Assembly (NCBI GenBank): GCA_951406725.2
Contig: OX597833.1
Location: forward strand, 56,234,001 to 56,298,000
Origin: Octopus vulgaris
Taxonomy: Eukaryota
Direction: 5' to 3'
Length of the DNA stretch: 64,000 nt
Below are positions 52,980-64,000 of this stretch, piece after piece. The translations under genes were made by a program, and so were the position numbers. The stretch's first letter is position 1. Each line of letters begins with the position of its first letter. The notes under the pieces are model-generated. The model ran no database searches. It saw only the letters and a list, made by a program, of their open reading frames with translations, and was not told the DNA's origin.

Positions 52980-53269
52980 CAGTGGTTCCTGACCACTGGG
53001 CTGTAAACCAGTACTGGGCCATGTAGAAACTTGATACCAGGCCAAACAGAGCAAATAAATTTTTTCTAGGGGAACTTGTGTCTCAGAGGGGAACTTCCTA
53101 TGGTCATTCATGAATGAAGAGAGTCTTTATTCTTTAATATATATATGTAAAGATAAAATCATTTTATGCATTTTATTGTATTTTGTTTCGTGCATGATCT
53201 ACCAATTCTCATAAAAATTGCCTTGCATGAAACTGGTCTGAAGCACAAAAACAATGTTGGGGTCCATTG
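52980..53269. mobile_element. Older hAT (Charlie-like) MITE with 8-bp TSD
   Basis: cagtggttcctgacc ... gttggggtccattg; TSD ctgtacaa at 52972-52979 and 53270-53277. Confidence 0.75.
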
Positions 53270-53444
53270 CTGTACAACGTCACTGAAAATTAATAATTAC
53301 AAATCTTGAAGAATTATTTAAGAATTTCTTCTTTAGAAAATCTGTAGAGATGACCTTAGCATGATTTAAATGCACTGCTAACACAGTAGGACATGGTATT
53401 GACTTCTGTTATGGTTGCATAACAAAATACCATATGCCTACAAG

Positions 53445-54336
53445 TCATATATATGTTATGGATTGGGTCAGCCCCTCTTGCGAAACTCAGATATGTCATG
53501 TAATGTTATGGATTGGACCTGCCCCTCTGGCGAATCTGACATGTCATGTAATGTTATGGGTTGGTCTGCCCCTCTGGCTAATCTGTCATGTAATGTTATG
53601 GGTTGGGTTTGCCCCTCTGGCTAATCTGACACGTCATGTAATGTTATGGGTTTGTCTGCCCCTCTGGCTAATCTGACATGTCATATAATGTTATGGGTTT
53701 GTCTGCCCCTCTGGCTAATCTCACATGTCATGTAATGTTATGGGTTGGGTTTGCCCCTCTGGCGAATCTGACATGCCATGTAATGTTATGGGTTGGTCTG
53801 CCCCTCTGGCTAATCTCACATGTCATGTAATGTTATGGGTTTGTCTGCCCCTCTGGATAATCTGACATGTCATGTAATGTTATGGGTTGGTCTGCCCCTC
53901 TGGCTAATCTGGCATGTCATGTAATGTTATGGGTTGGTCTGCCCCTCTTGCGAAACTCAGATATGTCATGTAATGTTATGGATTTGTCTGCCCCTCTGGC
54001 TAATCTGGTATGTCATGTAATATTATGGGTTTGTTTGCCCCTCTGGCTAATCTGGCATGTCATGTAATGTAATGGCTTGGGTCTGCCCCTCTGGGTAATC
54101 TGACATGCCATGTAATGTTATGGGTTTGTCTGTCCCTCTGGCGAATCTGACATGTCAAGTAATGTTATGGGTTTGTCTGCCCCTCTGGCGAATCTGACAT
54201 GTCATGTAATGTTATGGGTTTGTCTGCCCCTCTGGCTAATCTGACATGTCATGTAATGTTATGGGTTTGTCTGCCCCTCTGGCTAAGCTGACATCAACCC
54301 ATAACATTACATGACATATCAGATTAGCCAGAGGGG
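53445..54336. repeat. 47-bp minisatellite (~18 units) with one terminal inverted unit
   Basis: Unit atgtcatgtaatgttatgggtttgtctgcccctctggctaatctgac; inverted copy at ~54296-54336. Confidence 0.95.
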
Positions 54337-55215
54337 GTTTCTGTCCACTTTTCATTCAACAATCAAAAGAATTCATCTTTAGCTTTAGGTAGAGTTTTTC
54401 TTATAGCTCTATCTCATATACTCCAAAGATTTTCAATTGGGTTCATGTCAAGAGATTGGCTGGGCCAAGGAAGCTTTTTCATCCGATTTTCACTCAGCCA
54501 TTCTTCATTCCTTTTCGCAGTATGGCATGGAGCCCCATCTTCCATGAATAAAAACTCATTTTTCATTGTGATCATGTGGATACATCGGAAGTAGTCCTTG
54601 CTTACGTATTTCGATGTATTTTTCAGAGTTTATGGTTCCAACACATTCAATCAGCTCAGAACAACCATTGCTGGTGACAGCTTCCCATACCATTACAGAG
54701 ATACCACCATGTTTCACAGTTGGTTGGAGTTGTTTCAAATCAAATTCTTGACTGGGATCCCTCCAGATCCAAACACGTCTACTGTCTGAAAATAATGCAA
54801 ATCTGGGTTCATCTGAGAAAATCACTCTATCCTGAATTGAACTGGATTTTTCTGGCACCTCCTCATTTCTTTCTTTTCATGATATTAATTGGTTGAAGGA
54901 AAGGTTTTCTTCTAGCGGCTCTTCCATAATATCCAAGCTTATGCAGATATGTAACACACGTCCTTGGACTAACTTCTAACTGTTTTGCAAAATCTCTCTT
55001 CAAACAGTGAAGCTTCCTTTCCAAAGGCCCAGGTCAGCCGGGACAAGAATCTGTTGATTCTTTCCTTGGCTTTTGAATTGCACTATAATTCTAATTACAG
55101 TAGCAAGAGGAATTTCAAGATTTCGGCAATTTTTCACTGGCAAAGACCAGATTGCCCAACAATATGACCTCTTTGAAAATCTGACAGTTCTGCTGAATTT
55201 TTTGTGCATGGCATG
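54336..55215 (-). pseudogene. Decayed Tc1-like (DD34E-type) transposase
   Basis: VIFSDEPRF..PTVKHGGISVMVW..FMEDGAPCHTAK..LPWPSQSLDMNPIEN; frameshifts and stops. Confidence 0.9.
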
Positions 55216-55483
55216 GTTACTCTTTGCAAATGTTTAATATAATGGCACCTGGAATGAAAATGAATAATTACATTGTATGTTTGTCTGTCTGTGTTTGTTC
55301 CCTGCCATCGATTAACAACTGATGTTGGTGTGTTTAAGTTTTCCGTACATTAGTGATTCGGCAAGGGAGACAGATGGAATGAGTACTAGGCTTACAAAGA
55401 ATAAGTCCTGGGGTTGATTTGTTCGACCAAAAGCATGGCAACAGTCAAATGACTGAAACAAGTAAAAGAATCAAAGAACATAT

Positions 55484-55710
55484 ATACACAAGAGGTACTG
55501 AAAAGTTCCTGACTTTAAGGGTATCATAAAAAGTGTGGTTGGCGTCCGAACCTTCTGAGATTTTTTACAGAGATTAGAAAAATTGAAGGGCCACTGCAGT
55601 AAGCATGCGAGTCTGAAAATGGAATTTGCTGAATAAAATCTTAAGTAACTGATCCACCTATATTTCCTTTTACCCAAAGCCAAGAACTTTTCAGCCCACC
55701 CCCACTCGTA
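55484..55710. mobile_element. Mariner-type MITE
   Basis: Degenerate TIRs ctgaaaagttcctgacttt / aaagccaagaacttttcag..ctcgta, TA flanks. Confidence 0.6.
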
Positions 55711-55969
55711 TATATGTATCATCATCATCATCATCATTTAGTGTCCGCTCTCCATGCTAGCATGGGTTGGACGGTTCAACTGGGGTCTGTGAAGCCAGAA
55801 GGCTGCATCAGGCCCAATCTGATCTGGCAGTGTTTCTACGGCTGGATGCCCTTCCTAACGCCAACCACTCCATGAGTGTAGTGGGTGCTTTTTACGTGCC
55901 ACCCGCACAGGTGCCAGACGGAGCTGGCAAACGGCCATGGACGGATGGTGCTTTTTACATGCCACCGGC

Positions 55970-56006
<37 letters not shown>

Positions 56007-56008
<2 letters not shown>

Positions 56009-56572
56009 GGGTTGTCCGGAAAGTTTGTACCGATTTATAATAGCTTACCTTTCGACTCATTTTAGAACATGGCTGAGTCCATAAAATAGGATTTTACTAC
56101 ACCTCCATTTACAGCACAGTTTAAGCTATCTTTTCATAGAAGAAGGTTTATGTTCCTATAATCTGTGTTAATTCTGTTACCCTTTAAAATGGAAGATAAG
56201 AAAGTTCATTTTTGGCACTTGATGCTTTGGGAACCAGACAAAAATTGCTGCAGCTCAGCTGGGATGTGTTACCCTACCCTCCATATTCACCAGATATTGC
56301 TCCTTTGGATTTCCACTTATTCAGGTCTCTGCAGAATAGTCTTAATGGTAAAAATTTCAATTCCTTGGATGATATAAAAAGATACCTTGATGAATTCTTT
56401 GCCATGAAACCACCTCAATTCTGGGAAGAGGGTATTTTCAAGTTAAAGGAAAGATGGAGACACATTGTGCTACAAAATGGTTCATATTTGGTTGATTAAA
56501 AATGTAATGGCAAGTATTTATTGACCTTTTTCTTTCCTTTAAAAATGTGCACGAACTTTCCGGACAACCCAA
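56007..56572 (+). mobile_element. Internally deleted mariner with both TIRs
   Basis: TIRs ttgggttgtccggaaagtt / aactttccggacaacccaa; MEDKKVHFWHLMLWE fused to LSWDVLPYPPYSPDIAPLDFHLFRSLQNSL. Confidence 0.9.
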
Positions 56573-56854
56573 TATATTTGGTTTTTGGATTTGGTTTGCA
56601 AGATTCTTTATGTGAGTTTGTGTGTTGAAGCATATTCTGTTGTGTCTGGGGAGAGTCATTCTTTTTTGGTGCCTTGTGGTTTAACACACTCACCGGTGGA
56701 GTTTCCACTTGTTTCTTTTTTACTTTTCTAAGATTTTTGTTGCGTCTTGCAAACTTTTCAATAGTCTTGACGCTCAAAAATATTGAAAGGGTTTGCAGGA
56801 CGCAGTAGGAATTTAGGGGGAATGGAGGGAAATGGGTGGTATTCTTTTTCTTTT

Positions 56855-57253
56855 TTCTTTTACTTGTTTCAGTCATTTGACTGTGGCCATGCTGGAGCAC
56901 TGCCTTTAGTCGAGCAAATCGACCCCGGGACTTATTCTTTTTGTAAGCCCAGTACTTATTCTATCGGTCCCTCTTTTGCCGAACCGCTAAGTGACGGGGA
57001 CGTAAACACACCAGCATCGGTTGTCAAGCAATGCTAGGGAGCCAAACACAGACACACAAACACACACATACATATATATATACATATATACGACGGGCTT
57101 CTTTCAGTTTCCGTCTACCAAATCCACTCACAAGTCATTGGTCGGCCCGGGGCTATAGCAGAAGACACTTGCCCAAGATGCCACGCAGTGGGACTGAACC
57201 CGAAACCATGTGGCTGGTAAACAAGCTACCTACCACACAGCCACTCCTGTGCC
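56855..57253 (-). mobile_element. SINE family A
   Basis: Full reverse-complement copy. Confidence 0.9.
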
Positions 57254-57503
57254 ATCTTACAGATGCTTCAAGAACAGATGCACTGTAATGATGATGTATT
57301 TCTCTTGCAAACGACCAACAGCCAATATTATATTTGCGATCTATTCCACCATCTACTTCTACCTTCCACACTACTTTCGCTAGAGTTTGTTTTACAATCG
57401 TCGTCACTTTTAAGAAAAGATTACTGGTAGAGGACATTTGCAGCAACGCATGCGAGCAATGCAAGGGTATGTCTTGGACAGTTGCTGAAATTACATTCAA
57501 AAA

Positions 57504-57900
57504 ATAGCAGTATCGCCCGGCGTTGCTCGGGTTTGTAAGGGAAATAACTATATAAGCATTTTTAGAGAGTTATAGCCAAAAAATAGCAAAAAAATGCATT
57601 AAAAATGGAAAACAAATGATGGTAATTTTTTTTTTAAATCGTTGACTCATCGTAGACATTTTTAGAGAGTTACTTCCCTTATATAATAGCAAAAAATGCA
57701 TTAAAATGGGAAAAAATTATGATAATTTTTTTTTTAAATCGTAGACGCATCGTAGACGCGCGCTAATACCCAGAAGGGCTCGATATGAATCACGACTATA
57801 AGATACCCGGTTTTGGTTAAACTGCACCGCAAAATGTGGGAGTAGTTAGGAATATGAATCGTAGGAGACAGACACACAGCTTGACTTTTATATATAAAGA
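57504..57900 (-). mobile_element. Non-autonomous Helitron with termini like the 49303 copy but a different interior
   Basis: a|TCTTTATATATAAAAG 5' end; 3' acaaacccgagcaacgccgggcgatactgcta. Confidence 0.8.
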
Positions 57901-58251
57901 TTAGTATCGTTTAATGTTTAGACGATAACGTGTTAAATCAAATAATTTAATTCATAACGTCAGTAGTATTTAAATAAGTTTCTGTGGCCCCTCGCCTACC
58001 TTTTTAATCAAAAGAAACTGAAATTGAAGGGAAATAACAACGGACAGCTAATACTTTTGAGTCTAAGGGAAGTAACTGTTATTATTGATAACGAAGCTTA
58101 GATTCTTCAAGATGCTTAAACTAAAACCACAAAACATTCATCTAAAGGTAAAGAATATATGCAGGTTCGCTAATAATTGTATTTAATTTTAGAGGCCCGT
58201 GATGGACATAAATATCAAGGCCACAAATTTGTTTAAAAATAAAAGTGAAAT

Positions 58252-58418
58252 AGACGCAGGAGTGGCTGTGTGGTAAGTAGCTTGTTTACCAACCACATGG
58301 TTCCGGGTTCAGTCCCACTGCGTGGCACCTTGGGCAAGTGTCTTCTACTATAGCCTCGGGCCGACCAAAGCCTTGTGTGTGGATTTAGTAGACGGAAACT
58401 GAAAAGAAGCCCGTCGTA

Positions 58419-58468
<50 letters not shown>

Positions 58469-58688
58469 TGTGTGGTGTTTGTGTGTCTGTGTTTGCCCCC
58501 CTAGCATTGCTTGACAACCGATGCTGGTGTGTTTATGTCCCCGTTACTTAGCGGTTCGGCAAAAGAGACCGATAGAATAAGTACTAGGCTTACAAAGAAT
58601 AAGTCCTGGGGTCGATTTGTTTGATTAATGGCGGTGCTCCAGCATGGCTGCAGTCAAATGACTGAAACAAGTAAAAGAGTAAAAGAGT
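58252..58688 (+). mobile_element. SINE family A
   Basis: Full copy. Confidence 0.9.
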
Positions 58689-58919
58689 GAAGCAAGAATT
58701 AAGAATGTAATACCTGTATCCGCAAGGAGGGCTATGTTGAAAAACAAACCTCATTTGGTCACATCCCATGAGAATGTCTTGGTCAGCCTATGAACAAGGG
58801 TTAATGATAACTTTGTTAACAGTGAAGCAAGAATAAAGTATGTAATGCCAGTATCCAATTGCATTTGAACTGGGCGTCCATTCAAGTGATAATCAATAAT
58901 CATTTCCTCCAGAAGGTCC

Positions 58920-59716
58920 AGTGACGTGGTGGTTTGTGTGTCTCAGTGACCCTGAGAGCTGTGCATTAGCGGAGTGCTAGTTTCTGATAGTATCAACCAT
59001 CCTGGACAGGTCAAAGGATAGAAGCCAAACGATTATGGATCACCTCTTCCCAAAGGTAAAAATGGGCTTTCATAGGAGTCAATGCCCCTGTCTAGAAAAA
59101 AAGCAAAGTTACAAAAGCATATGTGACAATTCAAATCTAACAACCCCTGGAAGAGGACAGCCTTCCCTCGGGGAAACATGATGAGATGCAGCAAATTCCA
59201 AAGGGAAAAGCAGGGATTCAGCTGGAGTAAAGCAAAGACAGTCCAGAGTCAGGAATGCTGGAGAAAAGTTGTCAAAGGTGCAGGAGTGGCTGTGTGGTAA
59301 GTAGCTTGTTTACCAACCACATGGTTCCGAGTTCAGTCCCACTGCATGGCACCTTGGGCAAGTGTCTTCTACTATAGCCTCGGGCCGACCAATGCCTTGT
59401 GAGTGGATTTGGTAGACGGAAACTGAAAGAAGCCCATCGTATATATGTATATATATATATATATGCATGTGTGTGTTTGTGTTTGTCCCCCTAGCATTGC
59501 TTGACAACCGATGCTGGTGTGTTTATGTTCCCGTAACTTAGTGGTTCGGCAAAAGAGACCGATAGAATAAGTACTGGGCTTACAAAAGAATAAGTCCCGG
59601 TGGGGTCGAGTTGCTCGATTAAAGGTTTTGCTCCAGCATGGCCGCAGTCAAATGACTGAAACAAGTATAAAAGAGAAAAGGCCTATGCTCTATAGGGAGC
59701 AAAGGGCTTAGGTAAG
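58920..59716 (+). mobile_element. Probable bipartite non-autonomous RTE derivative interrupted by SINE A (59277-59678)
   Basis: RTE 5' UTR-like gtgtgtctcagtgaccctgagagctgtgc..ggacaggtcaaagg joined to a 3' end reading WRKVVK|GLCSIGSKGLR*. Confidence 0.55.
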
Positions 59717-59789
59717 CAGGTAATATTTGTGGCACAGTTAACATTCAAAGCTCCTTTCCTTTATTCAGTTTGTTTAGGACTCGTCCTTT

Positions 59790-60002
59790 AATATTGGTTT
59801 CAAATTCCGGCACACGGTCAGCGAGTTCAGGGGAGGGGCTAAATCGATTACATTAATCCCAGTGTTCAACTTGTGCTTATTTTATTGACCCTGAAAGGAC
59901 GAAAGGCAAAGCTGATACCAGCAGAATTTGAACTCAGAACAAGAAATTGGATGAAATACCACTAAGTATTTTGCTCAGCATGCTAACGATTCCGCTAGCT
60001 CT
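59790..60002 (-). mobile_element. SINE family B, diverged
   Basis: Family core and head present. Confidence 0.75.
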
Positions 60003-60015
60003 AATGCTTTACTTA

Positions 60016-60017
<2 letters not shown>

Positions 60018-60081
<64 letters not shown>

Positions 60082-60446
60082 CCTATCTATCTATCTATCT
60101 ATCCACTCAGTCAAAGTCGACTCTCAGTTACTCGATGGATCAGTGCCCTCCAGCCAGTTCTATCCTGGGTCGCTTCTTTCAGATTGGCTATGTCGATTCC
60201 TGTGTCACTCTTGATAGTGTCAAGCCAGTGGGTTCTTGGTCGGCCTCTTCCTCTCTTGCCACTGATCATTCCGAGCATGATGTCCTTCTCCAGGGATTTT
60301 CTCCGCATAATATGACCAAAATATGTCAATCTATGCTCGGTGATCCTAACTTCTAGCGACCATCTCAGCTTGATCTGGTTAAGAACTTCTCCATTGGTGA
60401 GCCTCACTGTCCATGGAATCCGTAAAAATTCTTCTCCAACACCAAA
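60018..60446 (-). mobile_element. 5'-truncated BovB-like RTE insertion with (GATA)n tail and 12-bp TSD
   Basis: Open frame RLTYFGHIMRRKSLEKDIMLGMISGKRGRGRPRTHWLDTIK..WRALIHRVTESR; TSD gctttacttata at 60006-60017 and 60447-60458. Confidence 0.9.
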
Positions 60447-61532
60447 GCTTTACTTATACCTTTAATATTATTAACACTGTGACCAGACTTAGAATTCCAT
60501 GGTGATTTTGACTTCTAGAATTTACTGAAATAACCCGTTTTGCCACAATTATAGCATTTCTTCAGGAGCAGGGGGATGAGATGATTATGCTGCAAATTTT
60601 ACCCTAGACATCAGCTCTTGCTAGTCACATAAAATACTGGCCAAAGTCTTGTGATTTACATTCCATACACCAGCTTCACCCTTCTACTATCTCATTTCGG
60701 ATCTTTTCGGTTTGAACGGCAGTTTTTTCTAGCGGTGTCATATGAAATTGTCACCCATAATTATGACCCTAGTATCGATCTATTGCATTTAAATCTGTTT
60801 TAGGGTTGGGGGTGGGGGGAAGGGTATTTTTTTTTCTTCACAAATGTAAATAAACGCAATCTGTTTCTTAAACGAGGGACATATTCATACGGCACAGAAT
60901 GTTTTTTTTTACCTCAATAGACGTCAGTGATTGGTTGAAATTGCAGAAATTGAAGAAAAAAACCCAACAAATATCTTACAAACTATAGAATTTTCTCAAT
61001 AAAGCCAATATAAAAAGATATTTTATAAACACATTCTACCAATATACGAAGTTTAAAAGTGTTTAGTTACGTGGAAATTAGAGCTTGGCTGTGCAACTAA
61101 TCTAAAAGCATTGTAATGGTACAGCCAGATTGAACAAATGCTCGCTTTGACTATACAATTACAATGCTAAACCTGATCCTTGATTTCAGAGAAATTACAT
61201 ATGAAGAATGTGTATTGAGCCTTAGCAGGAAATCATAAGCAACTTCTCACTATGTTTTGCTTTAGATACAAAAATTCTAACCTTTTCTCTTTGATACCAG
61301 ATTTTAAGTTTAGTTGTTTCCTCCGAAAGCACACTTTAACTCTTCAGTTATTGTAGGATATAGGACATCTTTTAGCTTGATCTCTGCAGTGATACCACAT
61401 AAAGTAAGGGATTTTAGTTTTAACTAGTTCAGGCTTTGTAACATAGCATTTCATGCCATTCCATATATGGCTTCTCACATTCTCTGCTACTCCATACATT
61501 TCCATTGTTCTTATTATCCAGGAGTTTGGTAT

Positions 61533-61822
61533 ATCATCATCATCATCATCATCATCATCACCACCACCACCACCACCACCACCACCACCACCACCACCAC
61601 CACCAACACCACCATCAACACCACCACCACCATCACTACCACCACCACCACCAACAACAACAACACCACCATCAACACCACCACCACCATCAACACCAAC
61701 ACCACCACCACCACTATCACCACCACCACCACCACCACCATCACACCACCACCACCACCACCACCATCATCACCATCACCACCAACACCACCACCACCAC
61801 CACCACCACCACTACTACTACT
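61533..61822. repeat. (CAT)n/(CAC)n/(CAA)n trinucleotide tract
   Basis: Direct reading; explains the poly-P, poly-H and poly-T ORFs. Confidence 0.95.
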
Positions 61823-62076
61823 AAAAAATTGCACAATTTTTTATTAAAATGCATTTGGTTTTTGCTAGATTAAACTTTTACCGGTGAGTGTGTTACATTA
61901 CAAGGCACAAAAAGAAAATGACTCTCCCCAGACACAACAGAATATGCTTCAACACACAAACTCATAAAAAGAATCTTGCAAACCAAATCCAAAACCGAAA
62001 TAGATTAAAGTTGTTTTATTAAATTTCCAGACATGTCCTCAAATACCTCTCTCACACTGCATTGTTATCAATATAT

Positions 62077-62485
62077 ACTCTTTACTCTTTTACTTGTTTC
62101 AGTCATGTGACTGTGGCCATGCTGGAGCACCGCCTTTAGTCGAGCAAATCGACCCCAGGACTTATTCTTTGAAAGCCTGGTACTTATTTAATCGGTCTCT
62201 TTTTGCCAAACCGCTAAGTTACGGGGACGTAAACACACCAGCATCGGTTGTCAAGCGATGTTGGGGGGACAAACACAGACGCAGAAAAATGCACATACAC
62301 ATATATATATACATATATACGATGGGCTTCTTTCAGTTTCTGTCTACCAAATCCACTCACAAGGCTTTGGTCGGCCCAAGGCTATTAGTAGAAGACACTT
62401 ACCCAAGGTGCCCATGCAGTGGGACTGAACCCGGAACCATGTGGTTCGTAAGCAAGCTACTTACCACACAGCCACTCCTGCGCCT
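62077..62485 (-). mobile_element. SINE family A
   Basis: Full reverse-complement copy. Confidence 0.9.
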
Positions 62486-62522
62486 ATATAACAATAATTT
62501 TTTTATCCCACAAATTCAGACA

Positions 62523-62560
<38 letters not shown>

Positions 62561-63643
62561 GTAAATTTAAAAACACATATCAAGATACATAAGCGTAAGT
62601 AAACACATAATCCGCAGGTTTTTAATAACATGCGGATGAGAGAAGCTGTTGTCTGAAACCTACTGAGATAAACAAGCAGTTTAAAAAAGGATTATCCTCA
62701 AATCACTTATATGCTGCAAGCCAGTTTAGACATGGTGAATACGGCGGTTTACGTATTCCCAGGAGCTGCCGTCCTCTGATGTGGATAAGTTTACCACAGG
62801 TACTACTCACAAATGAAACATTCTCATCCATAAGTAATAGATATCTTTATCTAATAATTTTGTTGATATACATCCATAAATAACAGATATTATTAACTAA
62901 TAATTTTGTACTGGGTTTTGTGGAATTAAGTAACGGATTATTATTGTTGTTACATGTTAAAGAAATTCATAAATGTCATCTTCCTACACAGTTCATCTTC
63001 CTACACAGTTCATCTTCCTACACAGTGTTATTTATCTGGCTATCATCTTCTTACACAATTCTATTCATTTGGCTATCAGAAGGTACACTTTCTGTACATA
63101 TTAGTCTATGTTTAGATTAATTTATTTTAGTTCTTTCTTTATTAGTTTACTTGTTTATTTCTATACATGTGTTTCTTTCAATCTATGTATCTTTCTTTTT
63201 ATTTTTTTCAGTATTTATGAATTTTTATTTTACACTATTGTTAGAGCTTACTTCACATAAATATTCCACACTATTCTATGCCTCTCTAAGCTAAAATGTT
63301 TTTCTATGCTTTTGCAAATCAGTTTATATACAGTTGTTGGGATTAATGAAGAATCTTGTGAATTCTATTTTCTGTTTCTCTTATTTGTCATATATGTATA
63401 TATAGAAGTGAGATCGAAGGATCAAAGTGTAGGAAGTAAGTGAGCTTCAAGCAATCTGTAGAAAACATAAAAAAATCAACTTTCAGGAATAGTAGTGGTT
63501 TATTAGTGTGGAAGGTTGTGGATTTTTTCCATATCAAAGTACAATAAACTGAAAAATAGTTTATAGTTCACAGTTGGCAACCAGGGTTTGTGGGAATGTG
63601 AACAGAAATCCAAGAATTAAGGAATGGAGTAGATAAAATCTGG

Positions 63644-63727
63644 GCTACATGTTTCATAGCGGAAATTACTACCTCGGAAGGTAGTAATTATCCAAGCGAG
63701 GTAAATACCACAGGCTGCTCTTCAGGC
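63644..63727 (-). ncRNA. Hammerhead motif with canonical core and extended stem II
   Basis: gc CTGAAGA gcagc ... gctat GAAA catg TA gc; perfect 11-bp hairpin 63664-63689 inside domain II; stem I only 2 bp. Confidence 0.55.
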
Positions 63728-64000
63728 AATGAATATCTTGATTATATGAAGTTTACATTGCTGTTAGGAGACCCATGTTAACACATGGAAAATTCAATCA
63801 AAATGCATTTTGATTGGATTCCACGGTGGTACTCCAGCATGACCACAGTCACATGGCTGAAACAAGTAAAAGATTAAAAGAGCCCAGATTTTATTTACTC
63901 CATTCCTTAGTTGATATATATATATATATATATTTATATAACTCCAAGAAAGTTAAAGGTTGTGAATCCAACCCACTAAGGAATATTCATATTTTTTATA

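Noticed and set aside
53445-54336. CRISPR-like regular array
   Set aside because: Units are contiguous with no unique spacers, there are no cas genes and the context is eukaryotic
57260-57500. Unique stretch with an ~80-codon open minus frame
   Set aside because: No recognisable domain, ambiguous splice signals, and it sits between a SINE and a Helitron
61453-61873. Poly-Pro, poly-His and poly-Thr ORFs
   Set aside because: All frames are open because of the (CAC)n/(CAT)n tract; no flanking coding signal

Overview
Repeat-dense, AT-rich eukaryotic DNA, almost certainly non-coding or intronic. The tRNA-derived SINE families and the microsatellite load point to an octopus (coleoid cephalopod) genome, which is an inference. 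There is no complete protein-coding gene. Most listed ORFs are microsatellite or SINE read-throughs. The window holds about 20 copies of a ~430-bp tRNA SINE with an internal (TA)n(TG)n tract, several other SINE families, RTE-clade LINE fossils, mariner and Tc1 relics, two hAT MITEs with 8-bp TSDs, two non-autonomous Helitrons and a 47-bp minisatellite inside a Tc1 ORF. There is also a candidate minus-strand first coding exon (42030-42064) downstream of a cluster of RFX X-box-like motifs. The most striking signal is more than a dozen short, mutually unrelated elements, many wedged into (TA)n tracts, that carry minimal type-I hammerhead ribozyme motifs (C[T/C]GAnGA...GAAA-palindrome-TA/TT). Several are arranged as foldback palindromes. 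Decayed Penelope-like (PLE) reverse transcriptase and GIY-YIG endonuclease sequences lie in the same window. Together these suggest a diverse set of microsatellite-associated, ribozyme-bearing non-autonomous PLE derivatives. All folds and translations were done by eye, and most element boundaries are approximate.
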